Assembly (NCBI RefSeq): GCF_006345805.1
Contig: NC_043009.1
Coordinates: forward strand, 1,984,001 to 2,048,000
Direction of reading: 5' to 3'
Length of the DNA stretch: 64,000 nucleotides
From: Octopus sinensis
Taxonomy: Eukaryota
Part shown: one piece after another, positions 39,681 through 53,170 of the stretch
How the letters are laid out: every line of letters begins with the position of its first letter
How positions within the stretch are numbered: the stretch's first letter is position 1
Notes under the pieces: generated by a model
The model's database searches: none
Seen by the model: the letters and a program-made list of their open reading frames with translations, nothing else
What the model was told of the DNA's origin: nothing
Position numbers and translations under genes: made by a program

Positions 39681-40057
39681 TCTCTCTCTATATAAACGGC
39701 AGTTTGTCTGTGCGTGTTTCTGTGTGTCTGTTTGCTTGTACCCTCACCCTGACCACGGCTTTCAACCGATTCTGATGAAACTTGACACACACATAGCCCA
39801 ATGTCATAATTCAAAACTAACGCAGCGAAAATTTTGAAAGTCCCCAGTTCTGAAAAAAATCGATAAATTCGACATGGGGTCGAGAATCAGAAACCCAAAC
39901 CACAGACCGTCTAGGGGACGCAACTCCACCTTTTTTAACTCTCAAAAAAATTTACCATCATTTTTTTTCATTTTTTTGCTATTTTTGGCTATAACTCTCT
40001 AAAAATGCTTTATAGTTATTTCCTTACAAACCTGAGCAACGCCGGGCGATACTGCTA

Positions 40058-40058
<1 letters not shown>
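39681..40058 (+). mobile_element. Non-autonomous Helitron
   Basis: Starts TC (tctctctctatataaa) after A, ends CTAG before T, with a GC-rich hairpin cctgagcaacgccggg (40031-40046) 8 nt before the CTAG. Follows a truncated SINE A tail (39601-39668). Confidence 0.75.
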
Positions 40059-40097
<39 letters not shown>

Positions 40098-40113
40098 TAT
40101 ATTATATATATAT

Positions 40114-40158
<45 letters not shown>

Positions 40159-40161
40159 AGT

Positions 40162-40553
40162 AGTTGTATACTGTCAACTTAATGTGACAGTCCCATGAAG
40201 GGAATCACACCACCGCTATTTAGCCCTAGGAAGCATCAATGCTTCCTGTCGGCCTTGACACATTTCCTGTGTCCTTATGTTTACAAGGGGGAGACAAGTA
40301 CCTCCACCCGGCTAAGCCTGCATCCAGAGACTAGTTTCTGAGTCATCAGTCTGGAGTAGCATAGCCTGCTAGTTGGAGATGCCTGTTTAGGCCTTGTAAA
40401 CATATAAGAATTCTAGTGAAATATATCCACTGATTACAAAAATAGAAATATTACATTTCTAAATATCTCAGAGAGATATAAGCAGTAGTGGTATGATAGC
40501 AGTGGTGTGATTCCCTTCATGGGACTGTCATATTAAGTTGACAGTATACAGCT
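40162..40553. mobile_element. Inverted-repeat cassette, 58-bp arms (40162-40219 / 40496-40553), containing a hammerhead
   Basis: ag(t/c)tgtatactgtcaacttaat(g/a)tgacagtcccatgaagggaatcacaccac(c/t)gctat, inverted with 3 mismatches. Confidence 0.9.
40323..40355 (-). ncRNA. Hammerhead motif with stem II reduced to a 4-nt linker
   Basis: Minus strand: tccaga-CTGATGA-ctca-GAAA-CTAG-TC-tctgga. 6-bp stem I, self-complementary ACTAGT stem III, GUC triplet. Confidence 0.65.
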
Positions 40554-40559
40554 GCTGAT

Positions 40560-40852
40560 CACCATTCGACCTTCATCTTGATACCTACTTCAGGGCTTTT
40601 GATGTCGAGCTCCGTCAGCATTGTCTGAAGCTGATCCGTGGTTTCAGCGATGATTACGTTGTCATCAGCGAAATGGAGGTGGGGGAGTAGCTCGCCTTTG
40701 AGTTGACACCGCCCTGCCAGTCGATGCCTCTGATGATGTGCTCGAGACATGCGGTGAAAAGTTTTGGACAGATCGCATCTCCTTGCGAGTTCAGCGCTGC
40801 GTTGGTTTCGAAGCTGTCGTCGAAGGCCTTCTCATAGTCTACAAACGCAACG
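40560..40852 (-). pseudogene. RTE LINE reverse-transcriptase fragment with internal deletion
   Basis: Minus strand: AFVDYEKAFD...; QGDAICPKLFTACLEHIIRGIDWQGG; frameshift; HLHFADDNVIIAETTDQLQTMLTELDIKSPEVGIKM. The region between AFD and QGD is largely missing. Confidence 0.9.
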
Positions 40853-40857
40853 TTATA

Positions 40858-40884
<27 letters not shown>

Positions 40885-40888
<4 letters not shown>

Positions 40889-41147
40889 GAATAAATAAAT
40901 GGATTTTAACGCAGGTGTAATCAAATATTCAAAATTCCACTGCTACTATTCAAAAGAATAACTGGTATAAACAATGCAATCTTCTCCTCAGGAAAGTGAA
41001 AAAAACGAAACTTGTCAATAAGACATTTTAGCAAAAAATGATGGATTTGTATAGCGATTGACAGAACGCTATTAATATTTGCTGCCCTGGTAACTATTTA
41101 TTTTTTTTTTCCGTGTTAATTGTTAACAAGGTAAAAATACACTCATC

Positions 41148-41214
<67 letters not shown>

Positions 41215-41981
41215 TAAATAAATAGTGTTTAACGCAGTGTAAATCAAATATTTTTACTTTCGACACATGTTTCGAAAATTCCACTGATACTATTAAAAAA
41301 AATGAATGTGATACAATTTCATTTAGAATGGTTGATTCTCTCAATTTCGATACCTTGTGGCAAAGGCAAGGAATTCTGTCTTCTCTGCAATTCTGAGCTA
41401 TTTTTCATTATTTTTTTCTAAAAAACTCTAGTAAACACGGTTATAGAGCGAGCATACAGATGTAAGCATTGGCAAAAACACACATTTAGTGCATATAAGT
41501 AGTCTCTATCATTATATATAATTTAAACTTTAATTTCCTTTATATTTAACATTCACTATTGGTATCCCTACTCTTTCTGTTAGCTACTTATATCATATAA
41601 CGTTTTTTTAAACAATATTAATAGCGTTCCGTCAATCGCTATATAAATCCATCATGTTTTGCTAAAATGTCTTATTGACAAGTTTCGTTTTTTTCACTTT
41701 CCCGAAGAGAAGAGTGCATTGTTTATACCATTTGTTCTTTTGAATAGAATCAGTGGAATTTTCGAAACATGTGTCGAAAGTAAAAATATTTGATTTACAC
41801 TGCGTTAAACTCCATTTATTTATTCATATGTTATTCAAAATATTCCACGTAAACACGAAGTTTCTACCTTTATAAACAAGGAGTTACAATATCTTTACTT
41901 GTGAGATTTTTGTTACCCTGGTAACTATTTATTTATTTTTTCCGTGTTAATTGTTAACAAGGTAAAAATACACTCATCTAT
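40885..41981. mobile_element. Rearranged terminal-repeat cluster with inverted and direct copies
   Basis: 40885-41079 is inverted to 41614-41828; a partial copy lies at 41213-41290; direct repeat 41085-41150 / 41916-41981; segments separated by (TA)n. Confidence 0.85.
41696..41781 (+). ncRNA. Type I hammerhead with long stem II (U4C core variant)
   Basis: actttc-CCGAAGA-gaa..(~50 nt)..ttc-GAAA-C(atgt)G-TC-gaaagt; perfect 6-bp stem I, GUC triplet, predicted cleavage after C41775. The sister copy at 40985-40991 has the canonical CTGAGGA core. Confidence 0.65.
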
Positions 41982-42006
41982 TTCTATATATATATATATT
42001 ATATAT

Positions 42007-42071
<65 letters not shown>

Positions 42072-42864
42072 ATGTGTGTGTGTGTGTGTGTGTACATATA
42101 TTAATGTATCTATGCCTGTATGCGTGTTTTAAATATTTTACTTGTTTCAGACATTAAACTGTGGACATGCTGGACAATAGTTCTTATTTTTAAGTCTAGT
42201 ACTTACTGTATCGGTTACTTTTGCCGAACTGCCAAGTAATTGGACGTGAGCAAACAGACGTCAGCTGTCGAACGTTGGTGATGGCGGTGAGACAAGCAAA
42301 AATGCAAATACACACACATACACATAAGTACACAAACACACATACGTAAGTACACACACGTAACTACATATACATATACATACATACAAAGAGAAAGAGA
42401 CGAAGAGAGGGAGAGAGCGAGAAGGTACGGTGTGTGTGTATGTGTGTTTGTTGTGGTTGAGAATATGAAGACGAGAGAGGAAATGTAAGAGATCGATCAG
42501 AACCAGGGATAAGGAAGATATTGTAGAAGGAAAAGATAATGTAACGAATGAAAATAGAAAGAAAATATCGAGGAAGGTGGGTGTCAAAATGGCGGAATGG
42601 AAAGCAAGAGAAGAAAGAAAAAAAGAAAAGAAAAACAGGGTTTGAGGAAAGAGAAAACAAATACATACAATGTAGTCAATGTACACGAATTAGTTGCGCA
42701 GCAATGAAAGCGAAAATAATGAAAATGATGAAGAGGAAGAAAAGAAAGAGGAGAGGAAAAAAGAAGCAAAAATGGACGGAGAATGCAGCAAGCGTGGCTG
42801 TGTGGTAAGCAGTTTGCTTTCCAAACACATGATTCCGGCAATAAAAATATATATTTGTATTGGA

Positions 42865-43225
42865 GTCTGGTATTTATTCTATCGTTCGCTCTTTTGCTGA
42901 ACCGCTAAGTTAATGGATCGTAAGCAAAGTAACACCGGTTGTCAAGTTGTGGCAGGGACGAAAGACAAAGACAAAAGCGTACACACACACACACACACAC
43001 ACACACATTCGCACACGCAAGCACACACGTCCATACAAACATACATACATATCTAGATGGATGCATGGATGGTAATATACATATATACGACGGGCTTCAT
43101 TCAGTTTCCGCCTACCAAATCCACTCACAAGGCTTTGGTCGGCCCGAGGTTATAGTGGAAGTGGGACAGAACCCGGAACCATGTGGTTGGTAAGCAAGCT
43201 ACTTAACACACAGCCTCTCCTACGC
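42865..43225 (-). mobile_element. SINE family A
   Basis: Colinear with 9374-9835, ending cttaacacacagcctctcctacgcct. Confidence 0.8.
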
Positions 43226-43332
43226 CTACATACATACATACACTCACACACACACACACACACATATATATATACATATATACACACACACACGCACGCA
43301 CGCGCGCACACACACACATTCGCACACGCAAG

Positions 43333-43402
<70 letters not shown>

Positions 43403-43481
43403 TATATATATATAGATAAAAATAAATTATAAATATATATAAATTATTGTTGTTATTATTATTGTTCAAATCACTGCCCAC

Positions 43482-43581
43482 GGGCATATGGCGTAGTGGT
43501 TAAGAGCGGGGGACACTAACCCCAATATTCCGAATTCGATTCCAAGCAGTTAACTGAACAATAACAACAACAACAACAATG

Positions 43582-43677
<96 letters not shown>

Positions 43678-43870
43678 GTAACAATAACAACATCGAAAAA
43701 TACCTTAGGAATGAGAAGCCAGGTTCGAAATTTCCCCAAGATACCTGAAGAAGGCTGGAGGGTATATCAGCAGAAACGTTGTGTTAACAACAAACAAGAT
43801 GAGGACAAATATCCGTGAAATGTAAATAATGTAAATAATGTACATAATTCCTCATCTCTTAAATATAGAT
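43482..43870 (+). mobile_element. tRNA-headed SINE with (AAC/AAT)n linker and hammerhead-bearing tail
   Basis: A box TGGCGTAGTGG (43489-43499), anticodon-like arm gggg-acactaa-cccc, B-box-like gaattcgattcc (43532-43543), microsatellite linker, then the HHR motif at 43741-43784. Confidence 0.75.
43741..43784 (+). ncRNA. Minimal type I hammerhead
   Basis: atac-CTGAAGA-a-ggctg(gagggtatat)cagca-GAAA-CG-TT-gtgt; palindromic ACGT stem III, GUU triplet; the closing pair of stem II is a G.A mismatch in this copy. Confidence 0.6.
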
Positions 43871-44661
43871 CTGTGGTGTAGATTTGCTTACATCTCCGGA
43901 AAATAGCGGTTCGGCAAAAATTACCGATAAAAAATGCACCAGAGACTCTGCCCGATTTGTTCGACTAAACCTTTAATATGTGAAACTCTCGTATGGCTGC
44001 AGTCTATAGACTGAAATAGGTAAAAGATAAAACAGATGACAAAAAAAAAACAGCGAAAAACCCCACAAAAGCCAAAAAAGAAACAATAAAAACAAGAAAG
44101 AAAACAGGAAAAATATAAAGAAGCTGAGAATAATGAAGAGAAGAATGAAAGAGATGGACGAGCAAAAATACAAATATTGATATAAAGAGAAGAAGAAGAA
44201 GTAAAGCGGGGGTCGGGGTGGGGTGGGGGTGGGGGTGGAATAGTGAATGAAAAATAAGAAGAAATATTTAACAACTAAAAATATAAGACAAAACAAAATT
44301 AATAAAAATGCAAAAAACGACAAAATAGAGCAAATCTTTCTCGTTTCGTTATCATATTTTTTTTTCTTTATTTGTTATATTTCAAAACATCCAGAAAATT
44401 CTCGTAAAGAAATGAGTTGAGTACAGGACGGGAAGAAAAGTAGAAGAATAACCAAAAAAAAAAAACAAAACAAAAACAAAAAGAAAAATAGCAAAATACA
44501 GAAGACTAAAAATAATATACCCTGGAGATATTCCCTCTTTCTCTACGAAGAAAGAAAGAAAAAGAAATACAACACACACAAACACACGCCTGCGCGCATG
44601 CATACATACATACATACATACATACATAAATGCATACATACATACATACATAAATGCATAC

Positions 44662-44697
<36 letters not shown>

Positions 44698-44899
44698 ATA
44701 AGTATTTATATGTATATATGTGTCAATGTATATATACATATATATATATATATACACATATACATGCACACATGCATACATATATTTAGAAAGCTGAGTA
44801 TGTATACTTAACAACATTATGTGTGAATTATATGCATATGTGTGTGTATGTATCTGTGTGTCTATAACAAAAACATGTTAACTAACATACCTGTTATAT

Positions 44900-44951
<52 letters not shown>

Positions 44952-45107
44952 GTAAGAAAAACCGTGTTAACTAACACATACACGTTTATGTGTGCATGTA
45001 TTTGTTTGTGTGTGTAAAACAAAAAATGTGTTTCGCACTTACACAAACCCATACGTATTTGTGTAAACAAAAACTTAAAAGAAGGAAGCAACAACAGTAA
45101 CAAGAAG

Positions 45108-45138
<31 letters not shown>

Positions 45139-45599
45139 GCATCTTCACTTAATATAAATAAATAAACATAGGGTAACAATAATATGTATAAGTAAGAAGA
45201 AAATCAAAATGGTGGGTTTTGAAATGGTTGAAACAGCCGACAGCTAGACGAAAATTGAAATTATATATCTATCTAATCGTTAAGTCGTGCAAAAGTAAAT
45301 ACAGAAAAAAGAGACAAAAAGTAGGAAAATAAGAAATTTATTTGAGGAATAATCATGTATTTTTGTTTTTATTTTTTGACAAGGCATAAAAAAAATATTG
45401 TTATCTGTGTAGTTAAGAAGTTCGGTTTGCAATCATATAATTACGAGTTCGATCAGGTTGCATCACATACTGCGTAAACCCTCAGGCAAGAGTATTCTGC
45501 TATGCGATCCTGTTGGTCGAAGCATTGCTTGCCAGTGGTATTTGGTTGACGGCGTGGAAGCCAATCGTTTATAGCACAACGCTCTCACATTTCTGTCAC

Positions 45600-46215
45600 T
45601 TTCCGGCCTAATAATGGCTTCAAATTTTGGCAGGAAGCCAGTAATTTCGGGCACGGGGTAAGTCGATTACATCGACCTAAGTACTTGACTGGTACTTATT
45701 GTATAGACCCCGAAAAGATGAAAGGTACAGTCGACTTCTCGACAGTATTTGAATTCAGAACGCAAAGAATGAAGGAATGCTACAAGGCATTTTGCCTCGC
45801 GTGATTATAGGAACAAAGTCTGAAATTTTAGGAGAGGGGGCTAGTCGATTGCATCAAGCCCAGTTTTTAACTGGTACTCGTTTTGTCAACCTCAGCGGGA
45901 TGAAACATAAAGTCGACCTCTGCAGAATTTGAATCTAGAACGTAAAAACGCTCAGCATTTCGCCCGGTGTGCTAACGATTCTTATTTCTTTATTGCCCAC
46001 AAGGGGCTACACACAGAGGGGACAAACAAGGACAGACAAACAGATTAAGTCGATTATATCGACCCCAGTGCGTAACTGGTACTTATTTAATCGACCCCCG
46101 AAAGAACGAAAGGCAAAGTCGAACTCGGTGGAATTTAAACTCAGAACGTGAAGACGAACGAAATGCCAGTAAGCATTTTGTCCGGCGTGCTAACGATCAC
46201 ACCAACTCACCGTCT
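45600..46215 (-). mobile_element. Three tandem SINE family B copies of differing divergence
   Basis: Repeated gtcgatt..atcgacc...gaatttgaa(t/c)(t/c)agaacg blocks in the same orientation. Confidence 0.75.
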
Positions 46216-47199
46216 TTGTAATAATAATAATAATAATAATAACAATTAATTCTTTTATTGGCCACAAGGGCTAACATGATTGGAAAACATAAAGGGACAA
46301 AACAGGACGAAAGGTTACAAAAGGTTTTGTCCGTTTTTCGAAAGAAAGAAGTCCGTGTAAACAGGCTTTATAACAACGAAAAAAAATTGAACAATTTACA
46401 AAACTCTCAATAGAGGAGACGCTTCGAAAAAAGAAAAGGTCTGACGTGGAAAAACCCAGAAAAGCCACGGGAGCCTGGTCAAAAGTGGGGTAGAGAGCCT
46501 CTTTCTCTTTTTATAATACCTTTTTCAATTACAGGCGAAACCTCAGAATTGGTCCATTTATACTGGCCATTCTTGCACAATTCACCCACCTTTCAGAATA
46601 CATAAATAGATATGGTTGCAGTTCCGGTTGATGATATTACGGACGAATGTAAACGTAATTCATCAAAAATATATGAAATAAAAAATGAATTCAATAACAC
46701 CACAAAAATCAAAATGAAATTTAAAAAAAATGAAAATAGTTTTGTCATAGGAACGACCCTATAAAAACCTGATTCTTATTTTAGGCATTGCTCTTTGATC
46801 CTCACATTAAATATGTTACTTAAATAACGTACAAAATCTGTATAAACTGACGTCAAAATATAGGACAAAATATAGGACAAATAAAATAAAGGAGTATAGT
46901 ATTGAATAAAAGTATATCAACGCAGGGCGAAAGAGGGAGAGAGAGAGAGAGAGGAGAGAAAGAGAGAGAGGGGGAGAGAGAAAGAGATATATATGGAGAA
47001 AGAAAGAAGGAGACAGAGAGAAAAAGAGAGAGAGAGAGAGCAGATGCATCTCATCTACTATAATAATACTCTGTGTTTTTCTCCGTCGCAACATATGAAT
47101 GAGAAAGGAAGGGGTTATAGTTGCATAAGGAAGGAAGGGGTGATAGCAAATGGTGGGATTGTGAATACTTAACGCTGAAGTGCAAAAAATAAGACATTA

Positions 47200-47432
47200 T
47201 ATATTTCTTTATTGCCCACAAAGGGCTAAACACAGAGGTGACAAAGAAGGACAGACAAAGGGATTAAGAGGATTAGATCGACCCCAGTGCGTAACTGGTC
47301 CTTTATTTATCGACCCCGAAAGGATGAAAGGCAAAGTCGACGTCGGCGGAATTTGAACTCGGAACTTAACGACAGACGAAATAGCGCTAAGCATTTCGCC
47401 CGGTATGCTAACGTTTCTGCCAGCTCGCCGTC
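47200..47432 (-). mobile_element. SINE family B, well preserved
   Basis: Reverse complement of the 4184-4420 type, ending ctgccagctcgccgtct. Confidence 0.85.
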
Positions 47433-48869
47433 TGCTTGATCCTAATATAGACACGCTGCGAAAACGCAGACATCCCCACCAAACAAGGAAGTATAATATA
47501 ATGCGTAAAAGGGATCAATAATTGAAAATCCTTTCCTTAGTAAACTAGAGAAAAAATCAATGAAAAAATGTGACTCAAAGATAAAAAATTAAATAAATAA
47601 AATTAATAAAAATGAAGGCATTTTGGCAAGAAAGCAAAAAACCCCAAAAGCATAGGAGGTTTAAAGAAAAACAAACATGCAATTAATGATAAGCTTTGAA
47701 AAATGCAAGGAATCTTCCAAGAGAATAAAGTATTTCATTCCACAATTAACTTAAAAATCATAATTGTGGAAGAAACACAAGCCGCAAAAGAAGTTCAGAC
47801 ATACTGGGAGGCAATATGGAAGAACATTTAATATTTAACACAATATAAATGTCCAACCAATCAAAAGGAAGAGGATGAAAACAAAAACAGCTTCACAGTT
47901 TATGATTGGTCAAATTTGACTAGAAGGAAACACACCACAAAAACCGTAAGAATTTGGAAAGCACTTACAAATAACAAAGTACTCAATTTCTGTCTGAATC
48001 CCGAGAACAATACCCATGGAATTAAGTGATAAGGAGATCAGATTCAATATCTCATTGAATATTGGCGGGAAGATATACCCTAATACATCGAAACTAAAAT
48101 ACTTATTACACGTTTACGGACAGTATATAATTAACCTAATATCAGATTGTGTATGTACTTACAGAATCCCATCAACTCCAGTATTTGACTGGTACTTTAT
48201 TTTATGACTCCCTAAATGATAAAAGGTGACTTCTGCGGAATTTGACCTCAGAACGTAAAGCTCCGAATGAAATACGGAGAAAGCATTTCATTTGAAGCTC
48301 TAATGAAGCTGCCAGCAAGAAGGCCTTTTGTAAGGATACATTTTTGCCAACGGACTAGGCAAGAAATTTCTCACCTTCATCAGTGACTGAATCATTAGTT
48401 GATCATACAGAGGCTACTAACGTGGTTTTCTCCGTTGCAATGTTCCTCGAGATCGGAATCCATTTCCTTCACAATCAGCATTTTATTGGGTTCTTTCCCC
48501 ATTTATTTCCCTTCCAAGTAACTAGTATTTACAATCTCTACTCGCTTTCTAACTCCTAACTACCGCCAGACGATGGAATTATACTCTTGGTTGTGGTGTT
48601 TCTCGGTTATCTCATGAAGTTTTATGATCGAGGACGGGCTAATCTTTTACGATATTTCTAGAGCTGCCTCTGGTAATGCTACTGGAACCTTAACCTGTGA
48701 GTTGTAGCTCGTGTTCTAGCAGTGCCCTTTTTGTGTGCTTTTCTTGATAGAAAGAATCGTCAAACGCATGGAAATTGCGACTTCATGTATGCCGTTAATG
48801 GAGGCTTCCGATTGGCTAGAATTGGTAAAAATTTTAAACATTAAAGGTTTTTAATATTTTAATTTAAGT

Positions 48870-49290
48870 TAAGGCAGTGAACTGGCAGTATCGTTAGCAC
48901 GCCAGGCAAAATACTTAGCGGCATATAGTCCATGTTCACAACCTGAGTTCAAATTCCACCGAGGTTGACTTTGTCGTTCGTGATCGATAAACTAAGTACT
49001 AATTGAAATCTGGAGTCAATGTAATCGATCTACCACCTCTGCTGAATTTGAAATTAATATTTTAATTTGATCATTAATTTTCGAAATGTGACCAGTTGGC
49101 GTAATTATTAGCACACAAGAAGTTATACTTAGCGGTATTTCTTCCGACTTCACGTTCTGAGTTCAAATTCCGCGGAAATCTATATAACCTTTTATTCTTT
49201 TGGGGTAGATTAAATAAGTACAAGTTAAACAATGTTGTCGATGTAATCAAACAGCCCTCTCCCCCAAACTTTCAAGCCTTGTGCCACAGC
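48870..49290 (+). mobile_element. Two tandem diverged SINE family B copies
   Basis: aactggcagtatcgttagcacgccaggc...gagttcaaattcc, and a second copy with gagttcaaattccgcgg. Confidence 0.7.
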
Positions 49291-50883
49291 AGAAAGAATA
49301 ATCAATTTGTGTAAAAGAATGTGGTTTTCGCTAATAGCGTGCAAAATTACAACGATGTGAAGAATTTCAACCAATTTGGACACTGCAAATGTTAAGGGTA
49401 AGAACCACCAAAGGCATTAATACACTTGCTGTCTGTTCCCATCTACAATAAATTACCTACTGAAATGATGTCACTTAACGACTTCAAATTGTCTAATTTT
49501 GTTCTTCTCAAACATATTAGCCGACAAGAATTTAGATATTTACGGTATTTTATAAACTCAGTCTGTTTTCTTTAATATTCCTTCTTGCACAAACAGAAAT
49601 GACTACGAAGAAGAATGAAATATTTTATTGAGGGGAAAGAGCTGAAAGAAAAAGCTCCCATCCCCAGGAAAGAAAAAAAAACTGTGAAGAGGAATCGAAA
49701 GGATCATAATAAGGGCTATAATAAAAAAACATAACTGGGAGGAACTTAAAGGAATCTGATGAAAAAATAAAAAGAATGATCTGTAAAGATTATGGGGAGG
49801 AGCTGGAAAATATATTTATAGGAGCTGAAGAGATTACGTTGATATCTGCCTTTATTTCCCCTTTGTCCTTCCATACTCTCCCATCTTTTCTTTTCTTGGT
49901 TCAGTCTTTTATATTATATTGTCTGCATTGTTGACGATATTGTTGCTCTGGTATTTTTTTTATGGAAGTCTATTATTCTCTTTTTACACCAGCCTTTATC
50001 TATTTCGATGTTGTTTCTCCTACATTGTCCTACACCTACCCCGCTCCCCACCACATTCTCCATTCTTCTTCTACATGTTTTTTTTTGTCTTCTTCGTCTT
50101 GATATTGTTCATGTCTTCCCGATTTCTTCCTATAAGTGGTTGATCAACTAGAGATAGAGCTATAACAGTGAGGAAGGAAAATGGAGAAAAGAAAAAGCAA
50201 CGAGTATAAAATACCCAATCGTGACAACGTTGCTGAACTTTCCAAAAAACAGCAGCTAAATTCCATCACATTATACACTACCGTCTTAAAAAACACAAGG
50301 ACACGTTGACCAGACTTAAGCTAAATATACAAGTAGGCGATGATATACGACTCGAACTCATTTGACCACTTGTCTCCACAGTCAGGGCAGACTAGTGGTT
50401 AAGCAAAAACGACTGTTCTCTGTGTGTGTGTTTATGTAGGTGCGCGTGTTTGCGTGAAGGTACGTGATGTATTTGGTTGGGCTTTTCGGGCGCAATAGTA
50501 AAGTCGTGAGTCCCGTTCTAAGACCGGCTGGCGCGTTGCGTTCTTGAGCAAGGTACTTTATTTCACGTTCGTCGAGGCTAACCAGCTGAAAATGATTACC
50601 AGCCGACAGTAATCGATGTCCCCACCTCTCTCCTCCACCTCCTCTTCTGCTCTCTCCTCTTCCACTCTTCCGCTCTCTCCTCCTCCACCTCCTCCGCTCT
50701 CTCCTTCGCCACTTCTTCTGCTCTCTCCTCCTTCTACTCCTCTTCCGCTCTCTCCTTTTCCTCCCCCTCATCCTCCTCCTCCTCCTCCTCTGTCACTGTT
50801 AATCTTAGTTGGCTGACCACAGCAAGGAAAACAGCTTCTGGTACACACCTTCCATAACAGTACTCTCTCCGTTTACAGCGCAT

Positions 50884-51047
50884 GACTTCCTGTAGATTTC
50901 CGCCCCCCTTTTTACCCTTCTATGATAAAAAAAAAAACAACAACGAAAAAACACGAGGCGTCGATAATGGTCGTTTTGGTGATCCGAAGCAAGTTCGCGT
51001 TAAATTACTTCGAAGCATCAAGAATCTAACGAGTACACATGCGCATG
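50884..51047. promoter_or_regulatory. Possible housekeeping-type promoter motifs
   Basis: ETS-like GACTTCCTG (50884-50892), GC box TTCCGCCCCCC (50898-50908), NRF1-like palindrome CATGCGCATG (51038-51047), next to a CT-rich tract. Motif matches only. Confidence 0.3.
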
Positions 51048-51592
51048 GAACAGACTGAAATTATCTGGTCATTAGAGTAATTGAAGCTTAGTTGCCGACA
51101 AAAACCAAACGGATTGATGGTCAACCATATCAGTTACAAAACCAGAACTCATCGACCAAAATTAGCAGAAACGTGACAAGCAACCGTTGCAAGCTACCAG
51201 TTAATAATTGCTTGTGGGTGCCAGCTACGGAAGCTAAGCAAACATACGGCCAATACATTCTCCATGGCCTCTATTTTTGCCTCTTCTCTCATCTGCTTCA
51301 GTTATTTTTACTTCCATTCAATGTAATCTTATTCTTCCATTAATTACAAGCACTCTACGACTTCCATTCTTCATTTTAATCTTCGATTTCCTGATTCTGT
51401 ATTTTCCTATACTTCCCCCCCTTTAATTCAATGCATATTCCCAATGTCTTTCTTTCGTTTTCTTTTGTATTAATATTTCTTCTTTTCTTCTCTTTCTTTT
51501 ACTCCTTCCATAATCCTTACTTCTTCCTACCGATCTCACTTGAAATTCTTTCCCTTGTACCGAACTCATTCCTACTTTATTACCATTATATC

Positions 51593-53170
<1,578 letters not shown>

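Noticed and set aside
39770-39785. Isolated CTGATGA matches (also 20202, 49756 and minus-strand 18607, 56757)
   Set aside because: No downstream stem II-GAAA-NUH-stem I pairing.
43482-43550. tRNA gene
   Set aside because: No complete acceptor stem, mutated B box, and attached to a repeat body; this and the other tRNA-like heads are SINE heads.
47700-48000. Possible R4/NeSL-type non-LTR remnant (EVQTYWEAIWK)
   Set aside because: Only one short motif; too decayed to call.
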